DNA of 64,000 nucleotides from Lytechinus pictus (lineage: Eukaryota): positions 27,592,001 through 27,656,000 of the forward strand of contig NC_087250.1 in NCBI RefSeq assembly GCF_037042905.1, read 5' to 3'. How positions within the stretch are numbered: the stretch's first letter is position 1; each line of letters begins with the position of its first letter. A model generated the notes under the pieces. That model was not told where the DNA came from. It searched no databases and saw only the letters and a list, made by a program, of their open reading frames with translations. Made by a program: the position numbers and the translations under genes. Of this stretch, positions 48,501 to 60,500 are shown piece by piece.

Positions 48501-49206
48501 CATCTTATGTCTTGTTTTAATTTTCAATCTTACTTCTTTTTAAGTTATTTTTTTTTAGGATCAAATGGAAGGACAGGTATATTTTGTAAATATCACTGAA
48601 ATGGGCTTCCCTTCATTGAAAAAATTGTTTTGATTTTCACTTATTTTATTTGTGATTTTAATATGGAAAGTAAAAAAACCAAACAAACAATCAAAAACTA
48701 GGTGAGAGAAGTAGATGTGAACAATTGAGCATATAAGCAATCAAATTCAAGTTGCAGCATCTTCAACAAGTCTTTGACAAAAGATATATATTTTACTTCT
48801 TTCTTATGCCTATTTAGTTCAATTTTGTTTTGATCTTGAATAAGGTATCTCGGCTGAAAGTCAACAAGAGCGTTCCCAACACAAGAATCGTTCGATTGCC
48901 ATGACGATGCTACAGACTCGAATCTACAACCGGATCCTTGAAGACCAGACCAACTCTGAAAGATCGATGCGTCGTTCACAGGTGGGCACAAGAGGGCGCT
49001 CTGAAAAGATTCGTACTTATAATTACCAGCAAGATAGGATCACGGACCATCGGATCAGTCGTAGTATCCATGGAGTAATTGAGTATCTACTAGGATCTGA
49101 ACACTTAGATGAAATGATGGTTAGTTGTATGGAAGGCGAGGAGTGTCAGAATATACACGAAAGAATCCTAGAAGTTTATGATATGAGCAAAGAGAACTCA
49201 AGATAG
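39506..49206 (+). CDS. MTRF1L: Mitochondrial peptide chain release factor 1-like. Coding exons 39506-40093, 40910-41045, 42125-42207, 43791-43974, 44687-44850, 46015-46132, 48845-49206 (1635 nt, 544 aa)
   Basis: All introns are GT-AG with consistent phases. RF1 motifs: [32 protein letters not shown] (PxT), [24 protein letters not shown] (GGQ), [20 protein letters not shown]. Arg/Ser-rich, acid-poor N-terminus resembles a mitochondrial presequence. The start codon is uncertain (several in-frame ATGs). Confidence 0.92.
40613..40853 (+). mobile_element. Degenerate tRNA-derived SINE (GTCATACCAAAGACT body)
   Basis: tRNA-like head (AGTGGTAGAG...GTTCAATCCC) and (TAT/TAC)n tail. Confidence 0.6.
41668..42057. 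mobile_element. MITE (Harbinger-like ends)
   Basis: Imperfect TIR AGGGCCGTCTGCAC / GTGCAGCACCGCCT. Confidence 0.5.
42727..42881. mobile_element. Short palindromic MITE with central GATTGGCTG
   Basis: GGGCCAGTTTCATAAAGAGTTACAA...TTGTAACTCTTTATGAAACAGGCCC. Relatives at ~2292-2457, ~40157-40285 and ~43590-43720. Confidence 0.75.
44794..45375 (+). repeat. ~64-71-bp tandem repeat (about 9 copies) made of the 3' end of an MTRF1L exon plus its splice donor
   Basis: AAGGGCGTATACATAC..ACCATGTCAATAGCGGTACT.CCACAACC.AAAGAG|GTATAA repeated into the intron. Confidence 0.9.
45707..45864. mobile_element. Short palindromic MITE
   Basis: CCTTGGTCACATTTGCTCTA...TAGAGCAAATCTGACTGAGG inverted arms. Confidence 0.65.
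46099..46270 (+). repeat. 53-bp tandem repeat (3+ copies) of the GGQ exon 3' end plus donor
   Basis: ACAGTGCTGTTAGAA..AC.CATATACCAACAG|GTATTATATATCTACTACAG starting at 46100, 46153 and 46206. Confidence 0.9.
46309..47780. mobile_element. Degenerate Tc1-like element, right end not found
   Basis: TA|CGGTGCGTCCCAAAAAAA start resembles 4846; internal inverted segments ~46600-46740 vs ~47640-47780. Confidence 0.5.
47790..48306 (+). mobile_element. 3' fragment of an L2/CR1-group LINE
   Basis: NTAARLV...[21 protein letters not shown]; after a frameshift [15 protein letters not shown]...[10 protein letters not shown]; (TAT)n tail. Confidence 0.85.
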
Positions 49207-49947
49207 GATCACGGACCATCAGATCACTCATAGTATCAATGGAGTATCTACTAGGATCTGAACTCTTAGGTGAGATGATGGTTAGTTGTATGGAAGGCGA
49301 GGAGTTGGAAGGGGGAGGGGTCACTGTTACTAGCAGGTAGACCTAATGGTCGTATACAGATTTCCCCAGAATTTCTCTATTGATTTGCCCATCTTACAGT
49401 ACCCTAAACAAATATATATTTATTCCCTAAACTAAATGATGTCTCAAATGTTGTATTGTAATGAAAATGTGAAGCTTATATCCTTTCCATGAAATTTTAT
49501 ACCCTTTTTACTGGATGTGCTGATATTTTACTTGTTATTTTAAATGTGCATTGTGGGCAACTTACTTTTTGTAGTTGTCCTATATTGAACAAATTTACTT
49601 GAAATTAAAGCATCTTCAAAATGAATATTCTCTGTAGTTTTTCTTTGATTCCTTGTTTTATACATTATTTTCATCTATTTCGTCTCAAACATTATTATAA
49701 TCACAAAATTATTAGATCGATTTTAGAATCAATTATTCTTTTTATTTGTACATGAAATTTCTAGGAATTTTCTTGCGGTACAAAAGAATTGGTCTCTTAT
49801 GATTTGAAAGAAGGAATTATAAAAAGAAACCAAACAGATTGTGCGCCAAATGAATCCAGTTGAAACCTGTTTATCATCATTAACCTTCTGTCAGGGAAAA
49901 AATTTAATAGATTTAATTCCTTTGATTAGACATATGTTCTGACTTAG

Positions 49948-50647
49948 CCCTAATAAGACTAGGGGGCCCTCCTTGACATTTTTGGGATAAATCTGCCGCA
50001 CAAATTTTTTTGACCGCGTCGTTCGCTGAATTTTTTACTTTCAAGTCTCGCGCAACTTTTGACACCAAAATTGCAACCCCCGGGTACGTGGTTCCAAAAT
50101 TAGGCAACATTTTGTAAGTGCATGCAGACACAAAATTTCTCGAAAACATGAATTTGTGTACAAATCCAATGGAAATAGTATTTTGAGCCAAAATTCATGA
50201 ATGTATCATTATTTTTCCTTTTACTGCTTAAAATCAATTAATTTCATCTTGTCTATGGTAACAATAAAAAACTAAAAGTCGAAAAACAAAGAAATACATA
50301 AGAAAATAGAATACAATAAAATATATACGAAATAAATGTGATGTTGATTTTTTTACAATAAATTTGATCAGATTCCTATAAAGAGTCTGTGAAACAATAT
50401 TTAGCATTTTAGGGTCAGTATTTAGTTAATTAGAGCAAACAGTTGATTTTACGCATAAATTAGCCTAATTATTTAGCAATGAGATTTTTCTCAGAATTTG
50501 ATCTCATAGTTTTATAGATTATGCCATGGGTAACGCGCGTGCCAATTTTCGTTGCGATAGCGTGATTGACGGCCGAGATCATAAGGGGGGCTGAATCAGC
50601 CTCCCCTCAGTCTTCTTAGGCGTCGAAATGGCCCAGTCTTTTTAGGG
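49948..50647. mobile_element. piggyBac-like MITE
   Basis: TTAG|CCCTAATAAGACTAGG...CCCAGTCTTTTTAGGG|TTAA (CCC/GGG ends, degenerate TTAA). Confidence 0.7.
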
Positions 50648-51323
50648 TTAAAAGAGAGTTCATGTGCTGGAAATATTTCGACCCCGGTTATGGTTTGTAA
50701 ATGTGTTAGGAATATTAATTAAATCCCAGTCAGGTGGATGCCATATTTTATACAAGTGTTGGAAATATCAGTCTTTAATGCACAGGAAGTTCTCTTTTGT
50801 AACAGGAATATTTTACTTCATATGCTTTATGCACTCATCTATTCTTAACATTTTTATGAGTGCTTTCCTAGTTACGATAGGGTATAATAGGCAGTTGATT
50901 TTAGTTTATCAGGGAGAACCACCTAAAGCTAATACAGACCATAGATCTCCGTTTAGGCAGTAAAGGTTATCTGAGGGAGTCCACGTCGGTGACGAGACTA
51001 CGAGCCCAGCTGCCGCCCGGTTCTCCATCGACATGCTATTCATGTCAATATCCGGGGCTCGAGCTCATCCGTAATCGTCGAAGTCCTATCTGAGGGGCAT
51101 CGCCATCTGCGGAGCCCAGGGGACCGACTACCGGGGGCCAAGTGGAGCAACGCCAGACGGACAATGATTCTTCTTTATTCTGCCAAAGTTAAGTTATATT
51201 TATTTGTGATCATTTCCATATCCATATATATCATGAATGTTTATTTTCTGAAACAAACCGAAATCAGAGAAATGGTGGATGTATCATCATTAACCTTCAA
51301 ACTATTAAACTTTAAACTATTAA

Positions 51324-51926
51324 AGGACAAGTCCACCCCAACAAAATCTTGATTTGAATAAAAAGAGAAAAATCAGACAAGCACAATGCTGAAAATTTCA
51401 TCCAAATCGGATGTAAAATAAGAAAGTTATGACATTTCAAAGTTCCGCTTATTTTTAACAAAATAGTTATATGAACGAGCCAGTTGCATCCAAATGAGAG
51501 AGTCGATGACATCACTTACTCACTATTTCTTTTGTATTTCATTATATTAAATATGAAATATTTTTATTTTCTCATCATTGTCATGTGAAATGAAGTTTCA
51601 TTCCTCCCTGAACACTTGGAATACCATTATTTTAATATTTTGTGCTTCAGGCAAGGAGGTCCTAATTGTCAAATTCGTAAAAAATGATATATTGTAAAAT
51701 TCAAACAATAAAAAACAAAAGAAATAGTGAGTGAGTGACGTCATCGACTCTCTCATTTGGATGTAACTGGCTCGTTCATATAAATATTTTGTTAAAAATA
51801 AGCAGAACTTTGAAATGTCATAACTTTCTTATTTTACAACCGATTTTGATGAAATTTTCAGCATTGTGCTTGTCTGATCTTTCTCTATTTATTCAAATCA
51901 AATTTTTTTTGAGGTGGACTTGACCT
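51324..51926. mobile_element. TTAA-type (Kolobok-like) MITE
   Basis: TTAA|AGGACAAGTCCACC...GGTGGACTTGACCT|TTAA with ~200-bp inverted arms. Confidence 0.85.
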
Positions 51927-52767
51927 TTAAACAGTTAAAATGACTTATCTGTTTGGATGGTCTTGAAGACTGCCTAATAAAGGTGGGGGGGGGGGGTTAT
52001 GATGCATACACCCCCATGGTGGACGTATCATACCCCCCCCCCCTCCCCCTCGCTACATATCAGCATCAAAATTTGGCACACCTCTTAGTTCACATTTCTC
52101 ACGTGAAGTAAAAGACTTTACATAGGCCTATATTGTAAATAAAAATAAACATCAAAAGTTTGTTTCATCCAAATTGAAACAATTGCACATATTTTTTGTT
52201 TGAATATCAGCAACTAATTCACTTGTTTGACTTGTTCAAATCAATAATTGTCTTCTTTTCAGTGTCACCAAGTCAACATTAATTCTTGATTGAATCGTGT
52301 AATGCAGGCGAGACCTGTCAGGGGGCGTTCCTCTTATTAATTATTTGTACAAAAATGTTTGCTTTTTCAGATCACAGCAGTTCATTCGATGGCGCTTTGA
52401 TTTATCTGTCAGTATTAGCTTTTGATCTTTAATATGATTCATAGCTAATGTAAACATGGTAAAACAGAGATAACTCATTTCAAGAGGCCTTCACATAATG
52501 AAGAGGTTGGACATACATACACTATGGAATAGCTCTTTTGTTGATTCATCGCTATCATAAATTGAATCTACACCAGGGGGCCGTTTCATAAAGCTGTTTG
52601 TAAGTTAAGAGCGACGTTAAGAACAACTGGTGATCCTTTCTTACGCGCTAAACCATCTCCAATGAATATACCATTTACCACAATAAAGGATCACCAGTCG
52701 TAGCAAATAAGATATCTTGAGAGGGGTGGGGCAAAATGAGTTAAAAGTGACAATCCTTTCTCTTTAA

Positions 52768-53352
52768 AGGGGAATGAAACATTTGGAATAATTAGGCTTG
52801 TGTCGAAACAGAAAAATAAAAGAATAAGAACAAAGAAAGTTTGAGAAAAATCGGACAAATAATGAGAAACTTATGAGCATTTGAATATTGCAATCACTAA
52901 TGCTATGGAGATCCTCCCATTGGCAATGCGACAAGGATGTGTGATGTCACATGTGAACTACTTTCCCTTTGATGGACTATAAAATACCCTCAAAATGTCT
53001 CTTTCTGCTTTTTCTTGTGGTGATACAAACTCTTTATCCATGATGTATTCTTTAAAAATCTGTATTACATGCCCTCCTATATAAAAAGAACACATGATCT
53101 ACTGATAGATGTGATAAAAGAGGCAATTTAAGTGAAATATATACTAAAGTAATGGGGAGAGTTGTTCACAAGTGACATCACACATCTTTGTCGCATTGCC
53201 AATTTGAGGATCTCCATAGCATTAGTGATCGCAATATTCAAATGCTCATAACTTTCTCATTATTTGTCCGATTTTTCTCAAACTTTCGTTGATCTGTTTC
53301 TTTGATTTTTTTTTCCACACAAGCTATCGTGTTCCAAAGGTTTCATTCTCCT
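52768..53352. mobile_element. TTAA-type (Kolobok-like) MITE, second family
   Basis: TTAA|AGGGGAATGAAAC...GTTTCATTCTCCT|TTAA with long inverted arms. A related right arm is at ~34980-35165. Confidence 0.85.
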
Positions 53353-54206
53353 TTAATGAAAATATCTATAGAGTCTAAACCTACCTTCTTGTCCGTTTCT
53401 TTTTTCTTTCTTTCTCTCTCTCTTTATTTATTTCTTTTGTTCTTTCTTTCTTTCCTTCCTTTCTTCTCCTCCTCCTCCCTCTTCTTCTTCTTTTTCTTCT
53501 CCTCCTCCTCCTTCTTCTGTATTCCATTTCCTTACTCCCCCTTTAATTTCTTTATTTCTTTCCCTACCTGAAAATCATAAAATTGAAAAATTACAAGAAT
53601 AAAATTATATGCAGTTAAATGATAAACCTCTTAGACTAACAGAGAGGAGGAGGAGACTTGCAAAACATGTCTCAAGAATTATTATGTTCTTGAAAATGCA
53701 ATATCCTGGTAACCTAATGGAAGACGGAAAAGCTCGAGGCTGTCCCAAGCATCCGTGGCAACAGACTTTCTTCAAAGACTTAGAGTTGACCCATATCTTT
53801 ATACCAATCTCTTGGAGGTTAAAGCGGTCACAGATAATGATAGCTTGTTACCTATAAATGCACTACACAGGAGGGACTAAGTGGTAAGTAAAAAAAACAG
53901 GAGTAATTCTGCACCTGATATCCCCTCCCTACCTCCTATTGGCGCCTAATGCGGTCCAAAGTATCACTATTCATATTTAGTAGTTTATTTGATATTCTGA
54001 TACGAATGCTATTTGCTCATCAGCATCATATCATAAAAACAAATATTAATATTGCTCTGATCAGATAAGGAGAGCTATAAGTGTTGTTAATAATTGTCAG
54101 ATAGAGTCATATTCTGTTGCTGATAAATTGTGATCTGAATCTGATTCTGCAGTTCTTCATTTCAAGTCTAGGTGTAAACATTCAGATTTTAAATAATTGT
54201 GAACAG

Positions 54207-54485
54207 GTAATGTAACTTCTAAATTTTCAAATGATCCATCTTAAAATAGTAATTTGTAATTATAATGGGATGGGAGATGATTATGTTATGCTGAAACACA
54301 AGGTACATTAGCTAAAGTAGAGGGTTTTTTTTAATTATCAAGTTTAGCTTTTGCATTAGTGTTGACATATACGAGAGGATTGATGGGTAAGGTATATAAC
54401 TTATTTCTTGCCATTGAAGCTTATTTTAATTTCATTTCTTCTGAAGCTTTTAACCTCACATCTCTTACATTTTTACTTTTTCCAG
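54207..54485 (+). other. Probable 5'-UTR intron of copy B
   Basis: CAG|GTAATG donor at 54206/54207 and pyrimidine-rich ...TTTTTCCAG acceptor 27 nt upstream of the ATG. Confidence 0.5.
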
Positions 54486-54512
54486 AGCTAAACAATCATC
54501 AGACATCACATC

Positions 54513-56165
54513 ATGGCATCAAGATTTCCAGAAGGAAACCAAGTTCAACTCCGACCAAGAAAAGGTCATGACATGAAATGGTCATGTGACAAGCATGGTG
54601 AGCCAATCAAATTTTACTGTAAGAAACACAAAATTCCTATATGTCATCCATGCGCTACCAAAGATCACAGTCAGAAACCATGTGAGCTAGACGACATCGA
54701 GGATGTCATCTTCGAAAGGAGGAGACAGCTAGATGAAAAACGGCCAAAAGTTCAAGAACTTCAGAAACAATTGGACGCCCTCAACACGAAAATAAAGACT
54801 GTGTCAACGTCTGGAAGTACTCATCTTCGGACAATTAACAACAACATTCAAGATTCATATCACGACAAGATCGATTCTGTTGGAGAAAAGGAGAACAGGA
54901 TGATTAGGGTTATTAACGAGGAGGCAGATGAGGAAATAAGACTCGTAAATGAGAAGAGAGAAAAACGGATCAAGGATTGCAACATCGAGAGAGAAAATGA
55001 GCGACAAATCATCAAAGACAAAGAAGCAAAACTTCTAGCAGATGCAAAGAAAATCAGCGAAGTTGTTTCTAAGAAGATCAAAGATCTTGCTAATAAGAAT
55101 CAGCATGTAATAAACACTGTAAAGAACATTGAATCAACCATCAAACGTATAAACCAACATGATAAAACATTGGTGAATGAAGCTCCTCAAGTACTTGCAT
55201 CTATTGATGAAAATTTAAGTTTGATTGTTCATCAAGATGTTAGCGATTGTCTTGACCGAATACAGAATGAAGTTGAGAGAATGAAGTTTGCTGAGGGGGG
55301 AGTAGGTGGAGAATACTATGGTAGAATTGATGGGTATATCGGTAAATGGGAACTTGTCAAGTCAATCCACATTCCATCGGTTGTTAATGAGCCTTGTGTG
55401 CGTGGTTTAGTCAGTGATGATGAGATATGTGTGCAAGACGTAGATAACAATGACATGTATATTACAAACATCAACACTCAACACACAGAGAAAGTCATTG
55501 ATGGAGGTGTGTGGATTACATCATGTGCGCCCATAGACAGTAACGTAATAGTATGTGGTAAGAGGAGAGGTGAATGCACGGGTGACAGGTTGGATGGATG
55601 CATCACTCTCTATGATAGACAGAGGAAGGTGATTAGAGACATCAGCATACCAAGGAATGGAGACGGTAAGAGTGTGTATGTTGATGTTGACAGGGATGGG
55701 ATGATCATCGCTGGTCAGTTCAATCAGTCTAATATCTACATCATCAATCCTGCTGATGATAAGATAGTAAACACTATTACGACGCAGGGTAAGAAGGTGT
55801 GGGATGGGATACAAGCCTTGTCATCAGGTGATATCGTTGTGGAGACAGGTATTGGTGAATACACTGTCATCTCACGATCAGGAGAAGAGAAGGCTGTCAT
55901 ACACGGTAATAAGTGGTACGGCCCACAGTGTCGCGTTGACAAACTGACAGACACACTCTACATCACGTACAGGGATGCATTTCGTAATCCCATCGCAGTT
56001 GATCAGGTGTCACGTGATGGTATCATCCAGGCAAGGAGGATCGTGGAATACGTGAAATCAGATCGCTCTCCACTTATCAGCCTTTGTCTCGTTACTCCTT
56101 CTGGTAACCTTGTAGGATGTGATAGGGACAAACTTCATCTTTACAAGAAGACATTCATTTTGTAA
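54513..56165 (+). CDS. B-box / coiled-coil / beta-propeller (RING-less TRIM/NHL-like) protein, copy B, 550 aa, single coding exon
   Basis: Intact ORF with a B-box2-type zinc finger (CDKHGEPIKFYCKKHKIPICHPCATKDH), a long charged helical region, then repeated beta-strand blades (e.g. VYVDVDRDGMIIAG, CLVTPSGNLVGCD). Acceptor TTTCCAG at 54485. Confidence 0.85.
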   Translation: MASRFPEGNQVQLRPRKGHDMKWSCDKHGEPIKFYCKKHKIPICHPCATKDHSQKPCELDDIEDVIFERRRQLDEKRPKVQELQKQLDALNTKIKTVSTSGSTHLRTINNNIQDSYHDKIDSVGEKENRMIRVINEEADEEIRLVNEKREKRIKDCNIERENERQIIKDKEAKLLADAKKISEVVSKKIKDLANKNQHVINTVKNIESTIKRINQHDKTLVNEAPQVLASIDENLSLIVHQDVSDCLDRIQNEVERMKFAEGGVGGEYYGRIDGYIGKWELVKSIHIPSVVNEPCVRGLVSDDEICVQDVDNNDMYITNINTQHTEKVIDGGVWITSCAPIDSNVIVCGKRRGECTGDRLDGCITLYDRQRKVIRDISIPRNGDGKSVYVDVDRDGMIIAGQFNQSNIYIINPADDKIVNTITTQGKKVWDGIQALSSGDIVVETGIGEYTVISRSGEEKAVIHGNKWYGPQCRVDKLTDTLYITYRDAFRNPIAVDQVSRDGIIQARRIVEYVKSDRSPLISLCLVTPSGNLVGCDRDKLHLYKKTFIL

Positions 56166-56424
56166 ATGATCAAGTATTTCAATGAATGATTAAAAATTAA
56201 TATAAACGATATACTTATTTCAAATTTTACTTTCATTTTAATTCACGTCCCCCAACATGAATACATTCATAATGCGCGTGTTGACGGTGTGAATGTTGTA
56301 TCAATATACAGGTGCAACGTATTGGAGTGTTGTAATAAACTTGCCATCGATTGCAGGTCAATTTTTGTTTTCAAAATTAATTGAAAGTCGTGCATTTAAT
56401 TGAAAATTTGCAATTGATTGTTGG

Positions 56425-56456
56425 CAGTGGCGTACCTAGGATTTTCCAAATTGACA

Positions 56457-56503
<47 letters not shown>

Positions 56504-56615
56504 CGTCAGGGGGGGGGGGGGGGGGGGGGCAAAGATACGCTTTTGCATGGGTTGTGACTCGTCAGGGGGGGCAGAGTGCCCCCCCTGCCCCCCCCCCCCC
56601 GTAGGTACGCTAGTG
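56425..56615. mobile_element. Short hAT-like MITE
   Basis: CAGTGGCGTACCTA...TAGGTACGCTAGTG and 8-bp TSD ATTGTTGG. Confidence 0.85.
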
Positions 56616-57154
56616 ATTGTTGGTCAGCTTATGTTATAAACAAATATGAAATGATTTGCTTTGGTTAAAATTGATCTATCAATTGCTAAATTTGCATATG
56701 AAATTTGCAATTGATCGCAAATATTTTCTTGTGTCTTTAATACAAAACGCAGTGATTAATATTTAGCCGTCTAGATTTATATTTTTATTGAAATGTATAA
56801 TTGTACTCGTAATTAAATTTAAAAAAAAATAAATAAAGAAAAAATGGTTTAATCCAGGTAGAAGGTCTATGGGAATGGCTGAACCCAGCACATGACGAGT
56901 TCATTACTAACTTGTGTTAGCTGAACCCGATCATTTACCAAACGCTATTTCGTTCAATGTCATTCCTTTTTAATGCTAACAGTGATCATTTTACCCCGGG
57001 ATTAAATTTGCTTTTAACTTCATTGGGTCTTTAAATCCAATCTATCCATCAGGTTGATTTCGTTTTATATTCTGTTGCAAAAAAGGTGAAGTAATATAAG
57101 ATTGTATTAAAAGGAGAGGGGAAAAGTGCTGTGAAGTACAAGTAAGTGTTTGAA

Positions 57155-57506
57155 CCGTGGTATAGTGTTTCTGACTATCACCTTGTAAACAAAGGGTCGT
57201 GTGATCGAATCCCAACTAGGTCTGGCATCCTTTGGCAAGGTGTTAATCCACACTTTGCCACTCTCGACCCAGGTGCTATATGGGTACCCAGTAGGATGTG
57301 AAAGTCATTGCAGCTTGTCCAGTAATGTGTGCGCCTCACCGGCAACTGACTGGAATACTCCCCAGGGTGTGGATGATGTGCTCACATTGTGTGCGGGAAT
57401 GACTGATTGAATGCGATGACCGGGGTAGTAGTATATCTGTAAATTGCTCAGACACACCGTTCTGATAAATTAAGCGTTATATAAAAGCGGATTATCATCA
57501 TTATTA
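57155..57506 (+). mobile_element. tRNA-derived SINE
   Basis: A-box-like TGGTATAGTG, B-box-like GATCGAATCC, CTCTCGACCCAGGTG...TGGGTACC body and (ATT)-type tail. Confidence 0.7.
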
Positions 57507-60500
57507 GTGGTATCAAATGAAATATTCAGTTATGAATCATATTTCAGCTGGCGCTGAGCATTCAGATTATTAGGAATCGAGGATGCATGAATTTGTGAGC
57601 GGGAATGACACGTCGTTCAGATGTATTTAGAGCTATATAAAAGCGGACTATTATTATTATCATTATAGTTTTTTAGTGTACATAATCCCTCTCATGAATG
57701 TTAACAGAAAATAAGAGAAAAACTCATTTTGTAATAGAATCCTTGCTCAGTCAACATACATATCACAATGGATATGATGAAGATAGACAGAAATGAATAT
57801 GTTTCCCCCATAATTCTCTTTACACCAATTGAATATTCTCATTCTGTAGAAACAGGTGACGTCCATCTCAAAATGACTCAGCACACTCCATATTTAATAT
57901 ATTCATAAAAGTATTACATCATATCGCTTATTTCAATCAGTTCATTAACTTTCGTCTGTACACCTTTTACTTTATCCTCATATCGGCTTTATATTTTCAA
58001 CAAAGATTAATTTAGATTTCTTTTACCACATGTTTAATCTATTATATCATATTACACTTACTACCTGGCTATGGAATCTCAAGTAGCAAGCCTTTGGATT
58101 GATGAAAAATTTTTTAGTTGTTTTTTTGTTAACGACTGTAATGATGTGTTGACGCCCGCTACGTTCAGTAACGTTTATCGACATCGTTAATTGATGTCAA
58201 ATTAATTTCATCATAAAGATCCCATGGACATATAAACATCTGGTAGTCGAACGTGCCATGCTGTAAATAAATAAAAATAGGGATATGCATGTATTTGTTG
58301 TGTAACAGACAGAGTTAGATAATATGACAAATAACTGTACATATCATAGCTTATGTTCGTGGTTTTATATTAAGGAGGCTGTATTATATTAAATTCATTT
58401 ATATTCTTAATTTCATTTTCATTTAATACTGCGTTTAGTTTGTAAACAGTTTGTACTGTATATGGCATATGTTGCTCCAATGCGTTGTTTATAAATCGGT
58501 ATTGTCTAAGGTGTGTTGTGTTAATGTAGAAATGTGTCATTTATACAAAAGATTCCTACCAAATTTATACAATAATCAACTTTGTACACTTGAGTTTAGG
58601 TATATAGGGTTTATGTTTTATCTAAAGTATCAATGCAATAGCTTGTTATTGTCTATATCATTGCTTATTTAAAAAATCGCTCCCAAAGAGAGAGCGGGAC
58701 AAAGTTCTATAAATGAATTTCTCCTGAAAATTAGCCAGATCTTACGACTTTTATTGATTTTGATTGGCTGAGAAGCGTTGTTACTATGTTAACTATCCGT
58801 CGAAACACCTGAAAATCCCAGCTTTGATTGATTTGCTCAGTATTATTGCTCTTATACACCTGATTATAATTCGCTTTATAAAACGAAGAAAACTAATGCA
58901 CATAATACGCATCTATATTATGATATAATGTGATGATATGTTATTTTCAAGTTTATATTGAAAGATGAGTAGGAAGTATTCGTCAGTAGTTTTTAATAAT
59001 ATATGTTCATTATACTTTGTTGTGAATTACTGGCACTGTTGAATAGTTTAAAAGGTTAATGTTTTGGGATGTGTAGACTTTAATCAAGACGAAATTATTT
59101 TTACCTACTTCCGAGATGAAAATAGTAATGTAGAAATAGAAAGAAAATATATTTACTATGGGTTACGGTATTTAGTGCAGTATATAGTATACAAATTACT
59201 GATCAAAACACCAATTACCAACCGATCTGAATATATATATATATCTTCACTATGGGTTATGATAATTTAGTACATTTCGAGAAAGGTTTACCAACCCACA
59301 ACCAGTTATATGCACATTAATGATAAAAACACAACTATCAAAAGATCATAATAAATGGTTAATATTTTAAATTGATCGAAATCTGTAAATAGTGTATGTA
59401 TTTTGAAGTCATCATCATGGTGATGAGGCGGGTGATTTTAATGCACAAACAATCATGTAGTGTTACAATCAAATAATTTTGTCAGCATAAACGAAATTAA
59501 ATGTAAAAAAAAAAAACCCCGACTCTATATGCAGTTCATATTTGTGATTTACAAATGATTTTATTGGACGTGTATGACTGATGGTACCAGACGAAGGGGG
59601 GGGGGGGATGAGAAGATAAAGGGAAAAGAGAGGGGGTGGCGAAGTGGAGGGGAGTGAGGGATTAAAAAAATAGAGAGACGAGGAAAGTAAAGATAGAGAA
59701 AAAAAATATATATATGAAAATAAAAGGATAAAGAGACGGAAAGGAAAGGGATAGAAAAGATGAGAGAGAGAGAGGGGGGGGGGGGGAGAAAGATAGAAGA
59801 AGGGGAGAGAAAAGAATGGAGAGACAGTGAGAATAAAGACTGAGAAAGAGCGAGAGAGAGAGAAGTGGAGGAGTGAGAAGGAGAAATGAAGAGACAAGGT
59901 GAATACAGATGGAATAAGAGAGAGAGAAAGAGAGAAGAAGAAGATGAACTACCGAGAGACAAGGAATGATAGAGAGAGATGGGGGAAGGGGACGGGGTGA
60001 ATTTGTAATTAAGTTTGTATTTGTATTTTCTTTTCCTAGGAAACTAAGAAACATTACATTACAAAGTGAAATACATCACAAACCATGTCAATCATAAAAA
60101 ATCATAATAAAACTGAAGAAAGGATGAATTTGAACTCCGTATAGATAGATTTGGCTTCGTCGAAATTAAGTAAAAGGAAACATAACTGAGGGGCTTGCCA
60201 AGAACGAATGAATTTAAGAGATAGAAAAAAAGGTAGGAAGAGAATAAAAGAGAATGAGAGAGAGAGAGAGATAGGAAGAGAACAATCCCAATGCTTCTTA
60301 CATTTTGTATAACCAGGAAATAAAGTACGATTACATAATATTCAATTATATTAGTGACCATTATGCTACTTCAGTGTATTCAAAGAACTACACCACTGTC
60401 ATGACTGTCATATTGAATTTATGTTATGTTAATTTATGTTACATGTACATATATAAATCAAACTGAAATGATAATCAAAAGAGGTCATGATGCACGGTTT

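Larger units (their letters stand above)
54513..60350 (+). repeat. Segmental duplication of ~112-7420 (gene plus ~4-5 kb of 3' flank)
   Basis: Collinear shared blocks, e.g. TGAACCCGATCATTTACCAAAC at ~2162 and ~56922, and a near-identical purine-rich block at 6540-7230 vs 59450-60210. Confidence 0.85.

Noticed and set aside
50975..51165. Isolated GC-rich patch downstream of MTRF1L
   Set aside because: No termini, ORF or RNA motif I can identify; probably a retroelement fragment, but unsupported.
57155..57230. Possible tRNA gene (also ~40613-40680)
   Set aside because: Degenerate cloverleaf continuing into a SINE body and tail.
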